Virus record (IMG/VR): IMGVR_UViG_3300042350_001432
Coordinates: 1-60,734 of that record
From: a virus
Taxonomy: Duplodnaviria; Caudoviricetes
DNA length: 60,734 nt
Strand: one strand, 5' to 3'
In this document: positions 55,738 through 60,734 of the stretch, one piece after another
Layout of the letters: every line of letters starts with the position of its first letter
Numbering within the stretch: the first letter of the stretch is position 1
Made by a program: the position numbers and the translations under genes
Notes under the pieces: generated by a model
What the model was told of the DNA's origin: nothing
The model's input: only the letters and a program-made list of their open reading frames with translations
Databases searched by the model: none

Positions 55738-56793
55738 TTAATCAGCTTTTTCGCTCATAAGCCTGAGGTTTTCAATCAACCTTCCATCGTCAGGGGCGTG
55801 GTTAAGGGCCAGCTTGCACTGCTCAATCGCGGCCTCCTTCATGCCAAGGTTCCAAGCCGCAATGCTGGCGTAATCGTGGGGCTTTGACCCCCACACCTCT
55901 GGGTCAACCGTGTACACCAGTTCGCGGTCTTTGATTGCCAATGCCGATAGCGCAGCGCCATAGCACTCAGCCCATAGGTGTCTATCATATGCCAGCTTGG
56001 CAATCTCGACCCAAGGTTCGCGAGTGTTGGGCGCTTCCACCATGCCCATGCGCGCAGCCCTCATAGCGCCATCCCAATCGCCAAGTTCTGAATGGCAACG
56101 CGACATCACCCTGTACGCATAGCAGCGCTCATTTATCCAATTGGCACCGGGCAGGGCAAGGTACCGGTTGCATTCGTCTATGGCCTTTTGCCACTGCCCA
56201 TGGAACGACAGTTCGCGGGCGTAGTAGAATGCGTTACGCGGATCGTGAGGATCCTCTTGGACCGACATCTCCAGCAAGGGCAGATATTGCCCACGGCTTT
56301 TTGTCGGGTCTGGTTTATGGATTACCAGCAGCATGTCTGTCTGGGCGTACTTTTCATCAATCAGGTACGGGACGGGGTATTCGTGGCACGGGTGAACCCA
56401 GCGATAGCCGTGGCGGGCGTGGATCTTCTCATAGAAGAACGCGATCCCAGCGCCCCAATCAAACTTGTAGCGCAGGCGGGTGGTGCCCTCTTCCCAGACG
56501 CGCTCTATCTCTTCACGCCATCCCGGCTGAAGCTCTTCGTCCAAGTCCAAGCTGACGCAGACGTCAATGTCCTTAGGGATCAAAGCCAAGGCGGCATTGC
56601 GGGCGTTGTCAAAGCGCCAAGGAGTGATGTTAATCTCGACCACCTTGGCCTTGTGCTTTTTGGCAAGCTTAACGGTATTGTCTGTCGATCCGGTGTCCGC
56701 AATCAGGATTAGATCAGCATCCTTAGCCGAATCGCAAAACCGTTTGACAAACATTTCCTCATTTTTGGAAATGGCATAAACGCATATTTTCAT
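55738..56793 (-). CDS. GT2-family glycosyltransferase with C-terminal TPR repeats
   Basis: ICVYAISKNEE...DTGSTDNT...F..ARN.AL...SLDLDE (DxD), followed by TPR-like helices. Confidence 0.9.
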   Translation of the reverse strand: MKICVYAISKNEEMFVKRFCDSAKDADLILIADTGSTDNTVKLAKKHKAKVVEINITPWRFDNARNAALALIPKDIDVCVSLDLDEELQPGWREEIERVWEEGTTRLRYKFDWGAGIAFFYEKIHARHGYRWVHPCHEYPVPYLIDEKYAQTDMLLVIHKPDPTKSRGQYLPLLEMSVQEDPHDPRNAFYYARELSFHGQWQKAIDECNRYLALPGANWINERCYAYRVMSRCHSELGDWDGAMRAARMGMVEAPNTREPWVEIAKLAYDRHLWAECYGAALSALAIKDRELVYTVDPEVWGSKPHDYASIAAWNLGMKEAAIEQCKLALNHAPDDGRLIENLRLMSEKAD

Positions 56794-56867
56794 TGAATAT
56801 GTATCCTATAAAATAATGATTACCTCGGCTAGACCCGGCTGATGAGTTGCTTGATCATGCGGTCTCC

Positions 56868-57896
56868 TTACGTGTTCACGCCGAGGGTGCCGTTGGAGGC
56901 TGCTGAGCCTTGTCGCGATGCCACAGTAGCTGAGCCGCCTGAACTGACTACGCAACCTGCGTATGTATACCTGTCGCGGGTGGTGACGCGGCCACTAGCG
57001 CAACCCAGCGCAAAAATGCCTACCGTGCTGTTGCCTGCGGCAGAGCCGAAGTAAGACGACGCAGTCGCTGCGCCACCCGCGCTGACGACATCGCCGGAGT
57101 AGGTATACTTGTTACGAGTGGCGTTCGGATTGCAAGACACAAACCCAAGTGCAAAGATGCCTACGGTGCTGTTACCCGCTGCCGAACCGTAGCTCGACGC
57201 CACAGTGGCCGCGCCGCCTGCGCTGACTACGTCACCGGAGTAAGTGTACTTATTGCGAGTGGTGGAGGCACCGCAATTCGTAGACCCTAGCGCAAAAATG
57301 CCTACCGTGCTGTTACCGGCAGCAGAACCAAGCTGAGAAGACACTGTAGATGCTGTACCTGCGCTAACAACATCACCGGAATAAGTGTATTTGTTGCGAG
57401 TGACCGTAGGAGACCCACCGCTGTTAGCCCCCAACGCAAAGATGCCTACCGTACTGTTTCCTACGGCTGAGCCATTGTATGACGCCGCAGTGGCAGCGCC
57501 ACCTGCGCTGACAACACAGCCAGAGTAAGTGTATTTGTCGCGGGTGGTAGAGGCAGCCCCAGTAAACCCAAGCGCAAATATGCCAACCGTGCTGTTACCC
57601 GTGGCAGAACTAAATCGCGAGCATGCTCTAGCGGCACCGCCTGCGCTAACGGCGCAACTTGAGTAGGTGTATTTGTTACGGGTGGTGGTCCCGCACGGGG
57701 AAGCGGCAGTAGATCCAAGTGCAAAGATCGCAAATGTCCCGTCCGCCACGTTACCCGCTATCGGCCACAACCCCTGCTTCGTCCAGAAGGCCGCCTCGGC
57801 AAGCGTCCACACGCCGGGAGCCGCGCCGTTCTGGAACGGGCCAGCGGGCGTGACGGGCGTCTTGCGGATCAGGCCGCCGGGCCAACGGTTACTCAT
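56868..57896 (-). CDS. Six-repeat propeller-like protein C
   Basis: GVWTL.E......G.WP leader, then six IFALG...TR[ND][KR]YTY repeats. Confidence 0.8.
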   Translation of the reverse strand: MSNRWPGGLIRKTPVTPAGPFQNGAAPGVWTLAEAAFWTKQGLWPIAGNVADGTFAIFALGSTAASPCGTTTRNKYTYSSCAVSAGGAARACSRFSSATGNSTVGIFALGFTGAASTTRDKYTYSGCVVSAGGAATAASYNGSAVGNSTVGIFALGANSGGSPTVTRNKYTYSGDVVSAGTASTVSSQLGSAAGNSTVGIFALGSTNCGASTTRNKYTYSGDVVSAGGAATVASSYGSAAGNSTVGIFALGFVSCNPNATRNKYTYSGDVVSAGGAATASSYFGSAAGNSTVGIFALGCASGRVTTRDRYTYAGCVVSSGGSATVASRQGSAASNGTLGVNT

Positions 57897-57906
57897 GAGC
57901 GGTTCC

Positions 57907-58131
57907 TTACGGGTCGATTATAGCAGTAGACGTGTCCCGATCCAAGCGCAGTGTCCCCTCGCAGACCATGCTCCAGTCTGGCCCGGTCTTCTCCCCACGG
58001 CACGGCACGTTGATCTGGACGTGCTTCGTCAGATACTCCTTGCCGTCCTCGAACACGCGCCACGCATGATCGACCGTGCCGCGCCCCGGCTGACCCTTCG
58101 TCTGATTGTAGCGGACGTGAAAGAGCGCCAT
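57907..58131 (-). CDS. Small conserved hypothetical protein (74 aa)
   Basis: TGATG coupling to the oxygenase; RYNQ..GQPGRG...H.WRVFE. Confidence 0.7.
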   Translation of the reverse strand: MALFHVRYNQTKGQPGRGTVDHAWRVFEDGKEYLTKHVQINVPCRGEKTGPDWSMVCEGTLRLDRDTSTAIIDP

Positions 58132-58754
58132 CAGATCACCTCCGCCGCTTGGGCCGCCGCGTACTCGACGTTGATGTTGAAGTGTACGAACTTGATCGGC
58201 TTGTCGGAGCCGTGGCGCGTGAAGCCGTGCGGCAGCCACGCATTGGCGAAGATCATCGTGCCGGGCTGCGCCTCGAAGCCGATGGTGTTGCTGGCCGGCG
58301 TGATCTCAGCCATGTTGGCTTCGGGCAGGTTGGCCTGCACCTTGCCGGCGCGGGGGTCGTAGAACAGTGCCTTGGAGCAGTTTTCCGGCGTCTCAAGGAA
58401 GTAGAAGCCGACAAGCTGCGCGCCGTTGCCGTGGACGTGCTGCTCCATCGCGCTGTGTTTGTGATGCTCCTGCGCCCACATCTCCGTGAAGAAGGTGGTG
58501 GCGTTTTGCATGTCGCTGCCCTGATTGCGTAGGATTTCCCACGCGCTCTTGCCGATGAACTCACAGAAGCCGCGCAGGCGCGGGTCTTGCGAGAAGTCAC
58601 CCGACATCTTGGCCGGATATATCTCGTTCAGGTCGTCAGACTGCTGCGCCAGATACTCGTCAGACACCGCGTTCACGGCGTCGAGGAACTCCGGCTTCAG
58701 GGCGGTGACGACGACGGACGGGAAGCAGAAGATCGGCTGGAGGTCGCCGCTCAC
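58131..58754 (-). CDS. 2OG-Fe(II) oxygenase-like protein (TIGR02466-type)
   Basis: W.Q......HVH.....GFYFL......LF.DPR...PG......WLPH.......FNI (HxH...H). Confidence 0.85.
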   Translation of the reverse strand: MSGDLQPIFCFPSVVVTALKPEFLDAVNAVSDEYLAQQSDDLNEIYPAKMSGDFSQDPRLRGFCEFIGKSAWEILRNQGSDMQNATTFFTEMWAQEHHKHSAMEQHVHGNGAQLVGFYFLETPENCSKALFYDPRAGKVQANLPEANMAEITPASNTIGFEAQPGTMIFANAWLPHGFTRHGSDKPIKFVHFNINVEYAAAQAAEVI

Positions 58755-59368
58755 GACTTATCTTCCAAGAACAGCGGCTGCATGTTCTTCAGCACCTTGG
58801 TGCGGTCGCCTTGGCTGTTGATCACCTTCATGGTGATGGCCTCGATGTGCGGCACGATCTGCGTCTCAAAGTCGGGGTGGCAGCGCATGGTGTTGAGGTG
58901 ATCGTGCGGGATGGTGCCAGCCGTGAGCAGGAAGTTCTCCGCGCGCGTCTTAAGTTCGCCCAGCCACTCTTCGCGCTGCATCGCCTCATTGGCCTCAAGG
59001 AACGGCAGGTGCCGGTATTTGCGGTTCGGCTCCAGCTCGTCCATCAGGCTGCAGATGTAGGCGTACTCATTGAGCGCGGCTTGGTGGTTCAGCGCCCAGC
59101 CCTCGTTGACGGAGTTGCACTCCAGCAGGTCGGCCTCGGCGTTGAGGCGCTGCACTTCGGTTGAGGTGGCGTCGGCCAGCACGGCCTCTGCCGCCATGAC
59201 CTTGGCCTTGCGGCGCAACCCTTGAGCCTTGGAGTGCTCAATCTTGACGCCGATGTCGATCTTCTGGTCGTGCAGCAGTGCCCACGCGCCGTCTACGGTG
59301 TGGCAGCTTCCTGCCATGAAGTGCTTCAGTTGGAAATCGCAGTTATTGCGATGCGGCTTGCTGTTCAT
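58751..59368 (-). CDS. Conserved helical hypothetical protein
   Basis: NCDFQL..F......T.D.A...GTIP.D.L.TMR.HPDF; coupled to the oxygenase. Confidence 0.75.
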   Translation of the reverse strand: MNSKPHRNNCDFQLKHFMAGSCHTVDGAWALLHDQKIDIGVKIEHSKAQGLRRKAKVMAAEAVLADATSTEVQRLNAEADLLECNSVNEGWALNHQAALNEYAYICSLMDELEPNRKYRHLPFLEANEAMQREEWLGELKTRAENFLLTAGTIPHDHLNTMRCHPDFETQIVPHIEAITMKVINSQGDRTKVLKNMQPLFLEDKS

Positions 59369-59395
59369 CGTGTGCTCCTTACGATGAGGTGGAAA

Positions 59396-60355
59396 TTACA
59401 TGTTGACGCCAGATGTGCCGTTCGAGGCGGCAGAGCCGGCAAACGACACCGCTGTAGCCGCTCCGCCAGCCGCGACAACGCAGCCTGAGTATGTATATTT
59501 ATTACGGGTGGTGGCGAAGCAGCCGCCCACAATGCCCAGCGCAAAGATACCAACGGTGCTATTACCGGCGGCTGAGCCGTAGCGCGACGCTGCCGTAGCT
59601 GCGCCACCTGCGGCAACAACGCAGCCTGAGTAGGTGTACTTATCACGGGTGGTGGAGATGCAGCCGGGAGCTTTAAACCCCAGCGCAAAAATGCCAACAG
59701 TGCCATTACCGGCGGCTGAGCCTTGCCACGATGCCGCTGTTGCAGCGCCACCTGCGCTAACGGTATCGCCGGAATAGGTGTACTTATTACGGGTGGTGAG
59801 GCCTCCACTCGAACAACCTAACGCAAAGATACCGACAGTGCTATTACCTGCGGCAGAGCTGCAACGCGTAGCTGCCGTAGCTGCACCGCCTGCGCTGACT
59901 ACGCAGCCGGAATAGGTATACTTGTTACGAGTGGTGAGGGGGCAAAAGCCAGCGTTACCACCCAGCGCAAAAATACCGACTGTACTGTTACCCGCAGCAG
60001 AGCCTAGCTGTGAAGCTACCGTAGCTGCACCACCGCCACCGACAACACAACTTGAGTAGGTGTATTTGTCGCGAGTGGTGACAGCAGAAGGCGCTTGACC
60101 TAATGCAAAAATGCCAACGGTGCTGTTTCCAGCGGCAGAGCCATAACGTGATGCCGCAGTAGCCGCGCCGCCTGCGCTGACAACGTCACCAGAGTAGGTG
60201 TACTTATTGCGGGTGGTTAGCCTAACACAACCGCTAGTACCCCCCAACGCAAAGATCGCAAACGTCTCAGGCGGCACAAAGTTCGGCGGCCACAGGCCCT
60301 GACCGACCGCCTGAAACTGCTGGGAGAGTGTCCAGATGCCGCTGTACGAAGGCAT
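59396..60355 (-). CDS. Six-repeat propeller-like protein B
   Basis: SGIWTL......G.WP leader plus six repeats. Confidence 0.85.
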   Translation of the reverse strand: MPSYSGIWTLSQQFQAVGQGLWPPNFVPPETFAIFALGGTSGCVRLTTRNKYTYSGDVVSAGGAATAASRYGSAAGNSTVGIFALGQAPSAVTTRDKYTYSSCVVGGGGAATVASQLGSAAGNSTVGIFALGGNAGFCPLTTRNKYTYSGCVVSAGGAATAATRCSSAAGNSTVGIFALGCSSGGLTTRNKYTYSGDTVSAGGAATAASWQGSAAGNGTVGIFALGFKAPGCISTTRDKYTYSGCVVAAGGAATAASRYGSAAGNSTVGIFALGIVGGCFATTRNKYTYSGCVVAAGGAATAVSFAGSAASNGTSGVNM

Positions 60356-60387
60356 GGATTACACTCCCTGCTTTGATGAAAGGTGTG

Positions 60388-60734
60388 TCATAGCGTAATG
60401 CCCGCGATGCCGTTGGAGGCGGCGGAGCCTGCGGATGACGCCGCTGTTGCCGCGCCTCCTGCGCTAACGGCGCAACTTGAGTAGGTGTATTTATTGCGGG
60501 TGGTGACATTTCCGCTAGACGCTTCGCCGAGCGCAAAGATGCCGGTTGTGCTGTTACCTGCGGCTGAGCCAGTGAATGAAGCGGCTGTTGCCGCACCGCC
60601 TGCGCTCACTACGCAACCGGAGTAGGTGTATTTATCACGAGTGGTGACGAGCCCGCTAGTTATGCCAAGCGCGAAGATACCCACTGTGCTGTTGCCCGCA
60701 GCGGAACCGCTACTTGACGCTGTCGTGGCTGCGC
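60388..60734 (-). CDS. 3' end of propeller-like protein A (second allele; continues at 1114 through the circular junction)
   Basis: Aligns to 767-1113 with offset 59621. Confidence 0.8.
   Translation of the reverse strand, partial: AATTASSSGSAAGNSTVGIFALGITSGLVTTRDKYTYSGCVVSAGGAATAASFTGSAAGNSTTGIFALGEASSGNVTTRNKYTYSSCAVSAGGAATAASSAGSAASNGIAGITL
60608..60734. repeat. 127-bp exact repeat, copy 2
   Basis: Identical to 987-1113. Confidence 0.95.

Noticed and set aside
56868-60734. CRISPR-like repeat/spacer pattern in the propeller genes
   Set aside because: Repeats are about 140 bp, in frame, degenerate at third codon positions and inside long ORFs, so they are protein repeats.
60608-60734. 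Biological direct terminal repeat of 127 bp
   Set aside because: It lies mid-gene, matches an internal position rather than the start, and its length equals a common assembly k-mer.

Overview
This window is an essentially complete ~59.6 kb genome of a tailed dsDNA phage with podovirus/P22-like organisation. A GapR/DUF2312 gene suggests an alphaproteobacterial host. The last 127 bp (60608-60734) are identical to 987-1113, closing a 59,621-bp circle, and 1-986 is a second, divergent allele of the region ending at 60607. The late genes lie on the minus strand: TerS, TerL, portal, a 1639-aa polyvalent protein, GroES-like protein, scaffold, major capsid protein, adaptors, collagen-like fibre, three six-repeat propeller-like proteins, 2OG-Fe(II) oxygenase, GT2-TPR glycosyltransferase, ejection proteins and a GH19 lysis cassette. 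The early/replication region (27-40 kb) holds ArdC, two HTH proteins, an iteron-like origin, Prim-Pol/helicase, RuvC-like resolvase, GapR, a PD-(D/E)XK nuclease and a putative SSB. I saw no integrase, RNA polymerase, reverse transcriptase, tRNA or CRISPR array. Four observations stand out. (1) An unannotated ~78-nt sRNA gene exposes a hairpin loop complementary to an extended RBS (AGGAGCAA) shared by nine early genes. (2) Three paralogous repeat proteins have constant frameworks and hypervariable loops, and one is captured as two alleles. (3) A [FYRKLM]-[AK]-x-G-G motif marks domain boundaries across six late proteins. (4) A six-site AGGGC-N5-GCCCT operator sits inside early promoters. All family assignments come from motif recognition by eye, not from database searches.
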